Shown here: positions 28,698 through 39,243 of the stretch, piece by piece | How the letters are laid out: every line of letters starts with the position of its first letter | Position numbering within the stretch: position 1 is the stretch's first letter | Source of the DNA: Myxococcota bacterium | GTDB lineage: Bacteria > Myxococcota_A > SURF-8 > G963663525 | Assembly (NCBI GenBank): GCA_963676915.2 | Contig: CAXXVK010000013.1 | Location: 1 to 64,000 of the forward strand | Length of the DNA: 64,000 nucleotides | Direction: 5' to 3' | Program-made: the position numbers and the translations under genes | The notes under the pieces: model-generated | What the model was told of the DNA's origin: nothing | Databases searched by the model: none | What the model saw: only the letters and a program-made list of their open reading frames with translations

Positions 28698-30245
28698 CTA
28701 CAGATATTCATTGGCTGTAGGGAATAAAGAGCGAGTGGCCCATAATTGTACCAACAATAAAAACCGGTGGCTGGATTTGAGTCCGTCCTTTATGCTGAAT
28801 ACATATTCATAGCGTGGAACCACTCGAATAACGCCTTTGTAGTCACCGGAATACCAACTTTGCGGACTTTCTGCGAAGGTAAGATAAACTGGGAGTTCTG
28901 GGCCAACAGAACCAGTTATATTACTGCCTTGATTGTGAAAGCCTATTCTCGGTCCCAATGCAAAACGAAAATATTTTGCGTTCTCATTGAAATACCCAGT
29001 ATAAAATCCAAGTTGGGAAGTCGTATATTCCAAAGGCTTTCCTAAAATCCCTTCTTCGCAATATCGGCGCTCAATGGGAACTTCTTTATCGTCTACAACC
29101 AAAGAATAATTATCTGGCGATTTGCAGAAAGCGATTTTTTCTTCGGAAGCTTTATGTAAAGAATTGTAACTGTAAAACCCTTCAATTGTTAATTTGTGAG
29201 AGTTGGAAAGCTTGTCAAACATATAGTGACCTGCTATCGCAAGTTCGAATGTAGTGTTATCATCTGCTTTTACTTCGGTTAGTTTTGTTGAATTAGTATC
29301 GTCAATTCCATAATACTTAAAACGGTCTTGTCCCATTTGAAATGCGGTGGAAAAGGAGGCTGGTGAATAGGCAGTGCGTTCAAAAAACTTTTCATTTCCC
29401 TTACTCCATTTCTTCCAGACTTCCTTACCTTTGGTGCATAAATTCTCTTCCTCATATCTTTCTGTCAGTTTTTTTATTTCATTGTCGGTTATATGTTTAT
29501 TGTAATTGCTTTTTATATTTAATGTGTCTTTAAAATTGCTGTACGCTTCACAATTGTTCTCGTCCTTTTCTTTTTCACACTGTTTTTCACATGATAAAAT
29601 GACCAATTCTTGGTATTCGATTTTTGAAAGCTTGGCTGAATTCAGTTCGTCAAGACCATCAACGCAAAGGTTGTGAGGCATCACATTTAATACAAGTTCT
29701 GCCATTTCATTCTTATTCAACGAATTGGAAGGCAGTTTTCTCGATGTTATTTTTCTATAATTAATGTATTGTTCACATCTGTTTTCCTTTTTTTCGTCTT
29801 GACATTGAATCTCACAAGCTTTAATGGCATTTTCCAAATTGTCCAGTCGGGATTCTATCCACATTTTATTTTTTTGATCACGCATGACTTGTTTGGTTTC
29901 ACTTAAAACCATATTCAAGCCTAGGCGCCAAGGGACTTTCATATCCGGTCCCTCCGAACCTGTAGCGATGACTTCCGATGGATTGTTTTCTTCTGCGCTT
30001 ATTCCGAATGTAGGTCCTAGTGTCAAGTCCCAGTTTTCGGTAATTCCCATGGTCAACCCAATAGAACCTTTGAGTTTTATATTTTTATCGCTGTCATAAG
30101 AAATTCTCACCTGTGGAAGGATTAGAATATTTTGCTCGACCAAACTTTGATTAAAATCAATCTTGGATTGAGCATAGACAAGATTAGAGCAGAGAAAAAA
30201 AGCCAAACTGATAGTCATTAATAGACTTTGAATAATTTTATTCAT
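28698..30245 (-). CDS. AT-rich exported hypothetical protein with duplicated Cys motif
   Basis: Signal peptide (VYA|QS); two C-x3-C-x8-C...NLCxxG repeats; beta-strand-like N- and C-terminal regions. Confidence 0.75.
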   Translation of the reverse strand: MNKIIQSLLMTISLAFFLCSNLVYAQSKIDFNQSLVEQNILILPQVRISYDSDKNIKLKGSIGLTMGITENWDLTLGPTFGISAEENNPSEVIATGSEGPDMKVPWRLGLNMVLSETKQVMRDQKNKMWIESRLDNLENAIKACEIQCQDEKKENRCEQYINYRKITSRKLPSNSLNKNEMAELVLNVMPHNLCVDGLDELNSAKLSKIEYQELVILSCEKQCEKEKDENNCEAYSNFKDTLNIKSNYNKHITDNEIKKLTERYEEENLCTKGKEVWKKWSKGNEKFFERTAYSPASFSTAFQMGQDRFKYYGIDDTNSTKLTEVKADDNTTFELAIAGHYMFDKLSNSHKLTIEGFYSYNSLHKASEEKIAFCKSPDNYSLVVDDKEVPIERRYCEEGILGKPLEYTTSQLGFYTGYFNENAKYFRFALGPRIGFHNQGSNITGSVGPELPVYLTFAESPQSWYSGDYKGVIRVVPRYEYVFSIKDGLKSSHRFLLLVQLWATRSLFPTANEYL

Positions 30246-30579
30246 TTGATTGTTCCCCCACACAAAATGACATTCGTCGATCTAACTTAATTTCATAAGA
30301 ATAATCCTTGCTTGCTGGTGTTTCCAGATTACCATCGATTAGGAGTGTTAAATATCCCTCATCATTGTTACTGTCGCTGATAATATCAAAGCAGAAAAAA
30401 TATGTACCCTTCTCCAAATCATAAAGTCTCGATGGGAACAATAATCGTGCATTCACGTTTTTATATAAAATCTCTCCGCCGCAGTGATCTTTTTTAATTG
30501 TCCCTTTCACCATAGCATCTCTATCAATCTTGTTGCTTTCTGCCATGGCTTTCTTGACAATGATTCGGACTTTTCCCAT
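30238..30579 (-). CDS. AT-rich hypothetical protein
   Basis: 113-aa ORF with AGGAG RBS; stop overlaps the next gene's start. Confidence 0.6.
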   Translation of the reverse strand: MGKVRIIVKKAMAESNKIDRDAMVKGTIKKDHCGGEILYKNVNARLLFPSRLYDLEKGTYFFCFDIISDSNNDEGYLTLLIDGNLETPASKDYSYEIKLDRRMSFCVGEQSNE

Positions 30580-31022
30580 TTTTATCTCCTTTATCGTTTA
30601 ATGTAGTTCATGAAAAGTGATTGGTTTACAATCTGAAATGCTTGTTTTTGCAAGATATCATTTTGCTGTCACCACTGAAGTGTTTTACAGCAAACGAATC
30701 AAATACAAACAAATACCGCTAATATGGATTGAGAATATCTTTGAAGAAGAATAATAATGATTAACATAATATAAGAATGTTTTCAAGAAAAGCTTTTAGA
30801 AATCAAGAAATCGTTTAGAAGCCACCCATAAAATAGTGGCAGAAAGGCGACAGGAGGTATTTTGGGATGGCTTGTACTCCTTCCTCCTCCGAAAAACTGG
30901 CGCTTGCCTTTCCCGGTGATATAGTACAACCTTGTGTCGGGTCGGCGAAACATCGCCGGTTCCTTGCACGGTACGAAAAAAGCGGACCGATACTTCGGTG
31001 TCGATAGAACATAGGAAAAAGC

Positions 31023-32300
31023 ATGGAAAAGCTCGTGATACAGGGCGGTTACCGTCTGGAAGGCTCGGTGCGGATCGATGGCGCGAAAAACGCCGCGCTG
31101 CCGATTTTGTTTGCTACGTTGCTTAACGCTGGGGAGAGCGAAATCCACAACGTTCCCGATCTCTGGGACATTTCGACGGCCTGCAAGCTGCTGTCGATGC
31201 TCGGGGCGAAGGTCGAGCGTAAAGGCAATGTGGTGTGGGTGGATTCCGCCGAGGTCAACCACCTCGAAGCCCCTTACGAATTGGTGAAAACCATGCGGGC
31301 CTCCGTGCTGGTACTCGGACCGCTGCTGGCGCGCTTCAACCAGGCCAAGGTATCGCTGCCGGGAGGCTGCGCCATCGGAGCGCGTCCGGTGGATCAGCAT
31401 ATTCGCGGTTTCGAAACGCTTGGAGCCGAAGTGTTGCTGAAGCACGGCTATATCATGGCGCGTGGGCGCGGCTTGCACGGCGGGCGCGTGGTATTCGATA
31501 TGCCGACCGTAGGAGGCACCGAAAACCTGATGATGGGCGCGGTTCTGGGGGAAGGAATCACCGTGCTGCAAAACTGTGCCAGAGAGCCGGAAATCATTGA
31601 TCTTGCACGCTTTTTGCGGGCGATGGGTGCGAGAATCAGCGGCGAGGGATCGAGCGATATCGTCATCGAAGGCGTCCCGAAGCTTAACGATGTCCGCTAC
31701 GAAATCATGCCCGACCGCATCGAGGCGGGAACCTACATGGCCGCCGCCGCCATGACCGGCGGGGATGTGACGCTAGAGCGCATCCGCGTCGACGATCTGC
31801 GGTCGGTGATCGACAAGTTCGAGGCGGCGGGAATCACCATCGACGAACTCGACGGCGACGGCACCCAAAGCCTTCGGGTGCGGCGGCCCGGGTTGCTAAA
31901 AGCAGTGGATGTCAAGACTTTGCCCTATCCGGGGTTTCCCACCGACATGCAGGCCCAGTTCATGGCGATGATGACCGTTGCCAAGGGTCAGAGCCTGATC
32001 AAGGAAACCGTGTTCGAAAACCGCTTCATGCACGTGGGCGAGTTGGTGCGGATGGGCGCGGACATCCGCCTCGAAGGCAACACGGCAGTGCTGCAAGGTG
32101 TTGAAAAGCTTCAGGGTTCCAGCGTTATGGCTACTGACCTTCGCGCCTCGGCGTCGCTGGTGCTGGCCGGACTTTGCGCCGAAGGCTATACCGAAGTCAA
32201 CCGCATCTACCACCTTGATCGGGGATATTCAGGACTAGAGGACAAACTCAACGCCATGGGAGCACATGTCGAGCGTCACAAAATGGACCGCAAACACTGA
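31023..32300 (+). CDS. murA: UDP-N-acetylglucosamine 1-carboxyvinyltransferase
   Basis: [52 protein letters not shown]. Confidence 0.98.
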   Translation: MEKLVIQGGYRLEGSVRIDGAKNAALPILFATLLNAGESEIHNVPDLWDISTACKLLSMLGAKVERKGNVVWVDSAEVNHLEAPYELVKTMRASVLVLGPLLARFNQAKVSLPGGCAIGARPVDQHIRGFETLGAEVLLKHGYIMARGRGLHGGRVVFDMPTVGGTENLMMGAVLGEGITVLQNCAREPEIIDLARFLRAMGARISGEGSSDIVIEGVPKLNDVRYEIMPDRIEAGTYMAAAAMTGGDVTLERIRVDDLRSVIDKFEAAGITIDELDGDGTQSLRVRRPGLLKAVDVKTLPYPGFPTDMQAQFMAMMTVAKGQSLIKETVFENRFMHVGELVRMGADIRLEGNTAVLQGVEKLQGSSVMATDLRASASLVLAGLCAEGYTEVNRIYHLDRGYSGLEDKLNAMGAHVERHKMDRKH

Positions 32301-32387
32301 CGTATATTCAGTGGATAATGGCTATCGATGCACGGCCACTCTTCGTGCGGATTTCCGGGATGTTTTTGGTGAAATTTTGATAAAATA

Positions 32388-32437
32388 ACGTGAGTTTGGA
32401 GGAACGTAGGCAAGCCTATGTGACCTCAAATTCACGT
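32388..32437. terminator. Long imperfect hairpin between convergent genes
   Basis: ACGTGAGTTTG..AGG..ACGTAGGC AA GCCTATGT..CCT CAAATTCACGT. Confidence 0.45.
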
Positions 32438-32555
32438 CATTTCACGTCAAAGCCTACGAGTTTTCAGCACAACGTCTGCGAAAAACGTCGCATTGTGCCG
32501 GAAATCCAACCCTTTGTGCCGTAGTTTTCCATTCAGTATAGCATGGAGCAAACCA

Positions 32556-34117
32556 TCATTCGGCGTGACGTTCGAGCAGTCGGATGACAGCTTCTCGCAA
32601 AATTTCCTCGGTATGCAGACCGGCGGAAAAATACTCCTCGTAGTAGTCCGGGTGTTCGCTGGAATGGATGTCTTCGTATGGAAGAATATAGCCGATTTCG
32701 TTGTTGGAGAGGCCGAATTCCATCAGCAGGTGACCCTCGGGCAAGGAACTACGATAGCCCGTGATGGCCGGGTATTCTTTGACGCCGTATTCGCCGCCGG
32801 ATTTCTCCGTCCAATCGTAGCTCGATGCCGGACGACCTACGCTGGTTTCGGAAAGCGCTTCTCCCGGCAGGGTGATCATGTGCATCGTTCCGATCCTAAC
32901 ATATTGAATTGTATAGGGAAAACAGCCGCCGAAACCGCAGTACTCTTCGTTGTCCGTGATCATCTCGTCGTATTAAGGTTCGAGGATGCCGAGTTCGAAA
33001 GCGGTGACGAAAACGATGTTGTCCATGGGAATTTCGATGTACTCGGAGTCCAGTTCGAAGGCATCGTCCATTTTCGGTGCATCGGCCAGTGCTTCGAGAG
33101 CGATTTCCGCGAGGATGTAGCCGAAGCTCCATGTTTTCACTTCGTTTTCTTCTGTGACCAGCACCGGCTGGCCGTCTTCCGAAAACCGGTTCTCCCGACT
33201 CGGTGCGCTCGGGAACGTCTACGCCGAGGGTGGTCATCAAACCACCCACCGTGCCGCTGAAATACACACAGGTGCCGCCGAGTTCCTCGTCGATTTTCTT
33301 TCGGGTCCAGCGGGGGAAATCGGCGCTGTAGACTTTGTGCGTGATCATACATTCGGGATGATTGTGCCAGTTGAGCATCGTTGCGACCGTCTGGCCGTTG
33401 AGATCGTCGAAGCGTGCCATGGTGAAGTGGTCGTTCATGATGTAGGGGCGGCGGGAATCCGAGAGCAGGTTGGGGTGGTTCGACTCGGGGACGTTGATCG
33501 TCGTCTCCGTGGCGTAGACCTCCACCGGCACCATGTTTTCCGACAACTCCACAATGAGATCAACCAGCGTTTCTACAAGAAAATCAATGTATTGCGGGCA
33601 ACGTCCGGTGGTGAAATCCCCCGCCCCCCAAATACCTACGGAATCGGGGGCGGTGTGAGTATGGGTCGAGGAAATGGTGACATGCGTCCGATCGACGCCC
33701 AACGCTTCGAGGCGATCCCAAACTTTATCCACATCGGAGACGACCCAACCGACGAGATCCATTGACACCAAGACGGCGTGCTCGCCATTTTTTTCCAGCA
33801 CGAGGGCGCGGGCTTCCAAATCGTCGTGGGTTTCTTCGGGACGCCGGTTGCTGCTGGTCTCCCCCGATGAAACATGGTCGCAAGGATGGTTTTCGGAGGT
33901 CGGCGTAATCGTGCGGCTTCCGGCAGCGACATACAATTGACCGTCGCGAGGATTTTGGAACAGCCCGGTGGCTGGCAACATCTTCTTCCATGTCCTGCAC
34001 GTCCACGCTGTCGTTGTCACCCGGAGTGACATCCGACGCGCCGGAGTCGTCGCTCCCGCAACAGGGAAGAAAAAGCAGGAAGAGAGAAAAAACGAATAAA
34101 ACCAAGGCGTTCGGCAT
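32556..34117 (-). pseudogene. Neutral/alkaline ceramidase-like lipoprotein, split by about 3 frameshifts
   Basis: LPCC lipobox; DDLEARAL, SSTHTHTAPD, NWHNHPE, SADFP, LPGE, GLSNNEIGYI motifs distributed over four ORFs. Confidence 0.75.
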
Positions 34118-34303
34118 CGGAAGACCTCTTGTGAAGACGAAAAAGTACAGGCTACGAAAACGCATCAACACTATACCAGATGCGACCGTATTACAAAATG
34201 ACAGAAAACTGCCAGAATTATTGTTTTGGGTGTTGGGACGGGTAGGGGGATGGCTTTGTGTCGTTGTGTCGGGTTGCTCTCTTCACAAATGGAAGCGGTC
34301 GTT

Positions 34304-34328
34304 TGGAGCAGGATGCAATCCTGCTCCA
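34304..34328 (-). repeat. Solo hairpin of the composite repeat family, inverted orientation
   Basis: TGGAGCAGGAT-GCA-ATCCTGCTCCA. Confidence 0.85.
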
Positions 34329-34334
34329 TCTAAG

Positions 34335-35428
34335 TTAGTCTTCGCATTCACTTGCCAAAGTTATCGATCAATCCTTCGAGCAATGTCACGGCTTCGGAAG
34401 AACCATTTACCCAAGAATCTCCGATATAGTAATCTCCTCCGGCATTGATATCTGCCAATCGGTTATCACTCCAAAGGCAATTGAACTTGGAATACAAATA
34501 ATCACCCAAAGGGTAGCCTTGCATGTAAATGAATCCCCCTGCTCGTTATCGCAGTTCTCCTTTAGATTCAAAACAGGTACTTCGGTACATTTTGCTTTCG
34601 AGCTGATTTGTCCAGTCTGAAAGTTGCGTACCGGTCAGTGTGCCTGTGCAATTCACGGCGTTCGATGCGTCGAATCCTTCGGAATACTCACGCAGGAGAG
34701 ACCAGGAGCCTTCTTGGTTGATCGTAAGTCGCTGGGTAAGGCCGATCGTTTTGTCAAAGTAGCTGTAATCGATGGCTGTTCCATCAGCTATTGGAGTGTC
34801 GATTTCGCACGAGTGAGGAAGTGGCGCTCTCAAGGCGTCGATTTCGTCTTTTAAATAATTCATATAAGCGCATCGGTGGGTGAAGTGGACAAATATCATC
34901 GTCGGTGTTTATGTAGTATGTTCCTCCATCGCCATCATAGCAGGCTGTATAATCCCATCCAAAATGTCCGCACAAATGATCTGTCGATGGAATGTATTTG
35001 ACTGCAGCGTCAAGGATGCCGTTGAATTGTTCTTCGGTCATTTTACCTGCGTATCGGATTGATTCGGAGCCTGGATCTACTCTCCCATATCTATCTTCTT
35101 TGTAAACCAGTTCGTAGCTGTAATCTTTTTCGATCAACAGCATGGCATGTCGATCACGCATACCTTCGAAGGCCGCTTGACCTTGAGTCCAATAATCGTA
35201 ATACAGCAGAAATTCCTCCGGGTAGGCGTCTTCGGTTGGGCAGTTGGAAGATTCGAAGTTGCTGATGTCCCATTCCTTTACGTCGCTATCCGCTGAATCG
35301 CCGGAGCCATCCGTATCGCCTTCGTTTTGTAGATACCCGCCTTCGTCTTCATCGACGCAAGAGAAAAGACCGCATGCCAAAACCAACGCGAGGAGGATAA
35401 AAACCGGATAGTGCGTTTTGCTTTTCAT
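34335..35428 (-). pseudogene. Tandem lipoprotein paralog, copy 3 (frameshifted)
   Basis: Same MKSKTHY...FSC leader as 36614-37843; single-base insertions near 34890, 34560 and 34362 relative to copy 1. Confidence 0.8.
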
Positions 35429-35477
35429 GATTGGTTCCTGTCTGATAGACGTTTTACTCTCCCAGGGGGGGCAGCTC

Positions 35478-36556
35478 TCATTCTTCACATCGACTTGCCA
35501 AGGTTCTAAAAAGTCTTTCTATCGACGTCACGGCCTCGGAAGAACCTTCTCCTAAATAAGTAGAATCCAGACGTTCATCAATCCAGAGACAGTTGAACTT
35601 GGAATAATAATATCCTTCATAGCCATCAGGATCATCTTGAAGGTAAATGGATCCGCCTTGCTCGTTATCGCAGGTCTCTTTGGATTCGTAACAGGTGCTT
35701 CGGTACATTTTGCTTCCAAGGTCATCCGTCCAGGTTTCAAGCTGCTTCTCCGTCAATGTTCCGCTGCAATTCACGGCGTTCGATGCGTCGAATCCCTCGT
35801 CATACTCACGCAGGAGAGACCAGGAGCCTTCTTGGTTGATCGTAAGACGCTGGGTAAGGCCGATAGATTTGTCATAGTAGTAGTAATCTATTGCCGTATC
35901 GTTGGCTACAGGAGGATCGGCTTCGCACGAGTGCGGAAGTGGTGCTCTCAAGGCATCGAATTCATCTTTTAAAAAATTCATTAAAGCGCATCGGTGGGAG
36001 AAGTAGACAAAATCATCGTTAGTGCTTAGGTAGTACGTTCCTCCGTCACCGTCATAGCAGGTATGTAATCCGAAATGTCCGCAGAAATGATCTGTCGATG
36101 GAATGTTTTCGTCTACAATATCAAGGATGCTATTGAATTGTTCTTCGGTCATTTGGCCTGCATATCGTATGGATTCCAAAAGCTGATTTGCTCTCGAATT
36201 TTTATCTTCCTTGTATATCAGCTTGTAACTATAGTCTTCTTCGACAAACAGCACTGCACGCCGATCATACATACCTTCGAAAGCCGATTGACCTGCTGTC
36301 GAGTAGTTGTAATAAAAGAGGGTTTCTTCCGGGTAGGCGTCTTCGGTTGGGCAATCGGAAGATTCGAAGTTGCTGATATCCCAATCCTCTATGTCACTAT
36401 CCGCCGAAGGGTTGGAGTTATCTGAATCGCTGGAATCATCCGAATCGCCTTCGTTTGTAGATACCCGCCTTCGTCTTCATCGACGCAAGAGAAAAGACCG
36501 CATGCCAAAACCAACGCGAGGAGGATAAAAACCGGATAGTGCGTTTTGCTTTTCAT
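35478..36556 (-). pseudogene. Tandem lipoprotein paralog, copy 2 (frameshifted 5' part)
   Basis: Identical leader at 36556; one T missing near 36455 relative to copy 3; 35478-36272 ORF homologous to copy 1. Confidence 0.8.
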
Positions 36557-36613
36557 GATTGGTTCCTGTTCGTTTGACGTTTTGCTCTCAAAGGGTGGAG
36601 AGGTCGATAGCGA

Positions 36614-37843
36614 TTATTGTTCACATTCGCTCGCCAAAGTTTCGATCAATCCTTCGAGCAATGTCACGGCTTCGGAAGAACCATTTACCCAAGAATCTCC
36701 GATATAGTAATTTCCTCCGGCATTGATATCTGCCAATCGGTTATCACTCCAGAGGCAATTGAACTTGGAATAAAAATATTCGAAAGGGTAGCCTTGCATG
36801 TAAATGAATCCCCCCTGCTTGTTATCGCAGTTCTCTTTTGATTCAAAACAGGTGCTTCGGTACATTTTGCTTTCGAGCTGATTTGTCCAGTCTGAAAGTT
36901 GCGTATCGGTCAGTGTGCCGGTACAATTCACGGCGTTCGATGCGTCGAACCCTTCGGAATACTCCCGCAGGAGAGACCAAGAGCCTTCGTTGGTAACCGT
37001 AAACCGTTGGGTAAGGCCGATCGTTTTGTCAAAGTAGCTGTAATCGATGGCTGTTCCATCAGCTATTGGAGTGTCGATTTCGCACGAGTGAGGAAGTGGC
37101 GCTCTCAAGGCGTCGATTTCGTCTTTTAAATAATTCATATAAGTGCATCGGTGGGTGAAGTGGACAAAATCATCGTCGGTGTTTATGTAGTATGTTCCTC
37201 CATCGCCATCATAGCAGGCTGTATAATCCCATCCAAAATGTCCGCACAAATGATCTGTCGATGGAATGTATTTGACTGCAGCGTCAAGGATGCCGTTGAA
37301 TTGTTCTTCGGTCATTTTACCTGCGTATCGGATTGATTCGGAGCCTGGATCTACTCTCCCATATCTATCTTCTTTGTAAACCAGTTCGTAGCTGTAATCT
37401 TTTTCGATCAACAGCATGGCATGTCGATCACGCATACCTTCGAAGGCCGCTTGACCTTGAGTCCAATAATCGTAATACAGCAGAAATTCCTCCGGGTAGG
37501 CGTCTTCGGTTGGGCAGTTGGAAGGCTTGAAATCGTTGATGTCCCACTCTTCAGCATCCTCGTCTGACGGATCGCTATCCGAAAGATCATGGTCGGGTAC
37601 ATCCGCATCACTGTCTGTACTGTCTAGTTCCTCCGTATCCCCTCCATCAAGGGATTCGTCTATCTCTTCCCGTTCTTCCGCATCGCTTCCATCAAGAGGT
37701 TCGTCCAGTTCGGCCTGTTCTTCCGAATCGCCTTCGTTTTGAGGGAGATGGCCGCCGCTGTCTTCATCGACGCAAGAGAAAAGACCGCATGCCAAAACCA
37801 ACGCGAGGAGGATAAAAACCGGATAGTGCGTTTTGCTTTTCAT
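36614..37843 (-). CDS. Tandem lipoprotein paralog, copy 1 (intact), acidic linker plus two related domains
   Basis: LFSC lipobox; D/E-rich linker; 409-aa ORF. Confidence 0.85.
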   Translation of the reverse strand: MKSKTHYPVFILLALVLACGLFSCVDEDSGGHLPQNEGDSEEQAELDEPLDGSDAEEREEIDESLDGGDTEELDSTDSDADVPDHDLSDSDPSDEDAEEWDINDFKPSNCPTEDAYPEEFLLYYDYWTQGQAAFEGMRDRHAMLLIEKDYSYELVYKEDRYGRVDPGSESIRYAGKMTEEQFNGILDAAVKYIPSTDHLCGHFGWDYTACYDGDGGTYYINTDDDFVHFTHRCTYMNYLKDEIDALRAPLPHSCEIDTPIADGTAIDYSYFDKTIGLTQRFTVTNEGSWSLLREYSEGFDASNAVNCTGTLTDTQLSDWTNQLESKMYRSTCFESKENCDNKQGGFIYMQGYPFEYFYSKFNCLWSDNRLADINAGGNYYIGDSWVNGSSEAVTLLEGLIETLASECEQ

Positions 37844-37940
37844 GACTTGTTTCCTGTCATTTCAGGGGGACGGTGATTTCCGGATGAAGGTTTTTTGTGC
37901 GTCAAATCACTCAAACGTTATTCAAGAAGTAACATGATAT

Positions 37941-38017
37941 GTCTATCTCGTCTATTTTAGACGAACTCGGATGTTCCTTTTCCAGCTTTCTCTCAAATAA
38001 TTACGATATACGTGGTC
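37941..38017. repeat. 77-bp direct repeat, copy 1
   Basis: Ungapped 61/77 identity to 38461-38537. Confidence 0.75.
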
Positions 38018-38026
38018 TTTTGATGA

Positions 38027-38045
38027 AGCAGGATGCAATCCTGCT
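38027..38045 (-). repeat. Solo hairpin of the composite repeat family
   Basis: AGCAGGAT-GCA-ATCCTGCT. Confidence 0.75.
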
Positions 38046-38065
38046 CTATTGAGAGTACGAAATGG

Positions 38066-38278
38066 TCATTTCAGTTTTTTCGTAAGGAATACCCAAACGG
38101 CGATCAGACCACAGGAAACGAGAGTCACGATGAGGGGGTCGGTGCTGGCATAGAGGGCACCCATCATCAGGACGCTGAAAAAGAAATGAAACAGCTTTTT
38201 TTGGCGCCAGCCGTATATCATGATACCCGAGGCGATAAGGCCGAAAAACGTGGATACATAAAGATATTCCGGAGTCAT
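38066..38278 (-). CDS. Small membrane protein
   Basis: MTPEYLYVSTFFGLIASGIMIYGWRQKK...; 2-3 TM segments; AAGGGA RBS. Confidence 0.65.
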   Translation of the reverse strand: MTPEYLYVSTFFGLIASGIMIYGWRQKKLFHFFFSVLMMGALYASTDPLIVTLVSCGLIAVWVFLTKKLK

Positions 38279-38460
38279 GCTAGAAGTCCCTTTGGGATTT
38301 GTTTCAAAATCAACGGTACTCTTATAAACGTGAAAATCAACGGTTTTATTCCAGGTCACGAAAGACGAGGTCGTCTAGGAGAGGAGGACGACTCGTATTT
38401 GTCTCGATGGGGTAGGAATGTATCCTGCTTTATCTTCGAATGTCGCTTTGGCTATCAATT

Positions 38461-38537
38461 GTCTTGCTCGTCTGTTTTGTTTGACCTCGGAGGTTCCTTT
38501 TCCGGCTTTCTCTCAAATAAAAACTTTGTACGTGGCC
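38461..38537. repeat. 77-bp direct repeat, copy 2
   Basis: Ungapped 61/77 identity to 37941-38017. Confidence 0.75.
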
Positions 38538-38592
38538 AAAACGTCGGGAATGCTGTATAACCGAAGAACTCTTGAAGCATCCGGGGTACGGC

Positions 38593-39243
38593 ATGAATCC
38601 GAAGCATGAAGGAAAGGCTCCTTTTTTCGTATTGGAAGGCATCGACGGCGCAGGGACGACCACCCACGCTCGGCGGCTGGTGGCGTTTTTGCAAATGCAG
38701 GGGTTGGATTGTCTTCCCACCGCCGAACCGACAGACGGTCCCGTCGGGCGGCTGATCCGAGAATATCTGGCGGGAAAACATACCGAGGATTCCGGCGAGG
38801 CGGTAGGGCTGGACCCTACGGTCATGACGCTGCTTTTCTGTGCCGACCGCGCCGAGCACCTCTCTCGTCGCGTGCTTCCCGCTTTGCATAGTGGAACGGC
38901 GGTGGTGTCGGATCGCTACTATTATTCGACCGTCTGTTACCAGTCTGTGGGTTGTGACGCGGATTGGGTGCGCCAAACCGCCGCCCATGCACCGCGTCCC
39001 GATCTGACTCTGCTGCTCGATGTCGAACCGAAAACGGGACTCGAACGGGTGGGGGGACGTGGAAACCCGATGGAAGCCTACGAAAAACTCGATTTTCTCG
39101 AGCGAGTACGGGAGAACTATCTTACAATGTTTGCCGACGCTCCCGAGGTGCGGGTGCTCGATGCCGGACGACCGCTTGAAGAGGTCGCCGCCGAGATCCG
39201 TCAACAGGTCGAATCCTGGCTGAAAGAGGCGAAACGTGAGTGA
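38593..39243 (+). CDS. tmk: Thymidylate kinase
   Basis: FFVLEGIDGAGTTT, EP, LFCADRAEH, SDRYYYS..YQ, PDLTLLLD. Confidence 0.93.
   Translation: MNPKHEGKAPFFVLEGIDGAGTTTHARRLVAFLQMQGLDCLPTAEPTDGPVGRLIREYLAGKHTEDSGEAVGLDPTVMTLLFCADRAEHLSRRVLPALHSGTAVVSDRYYYSTVCYQSVGCDADWVRQTAAHAPRPDLTLLLDVEPKTGLERVGGRGNPMEAYEKLDFLERVRENYLTMFADAPEVRVLDAGRPLEEVAAEIRQQVESWLKEAKRE

Noticed and set aside
30783-31571. 262-aa minus-strand ORF
   Set aside because: Antisense to murA
34335-37843. Possible diversity-generating retroelement
   Set aside because: No reverse transcriptase; differences between copies are block-like and not adenine-specific
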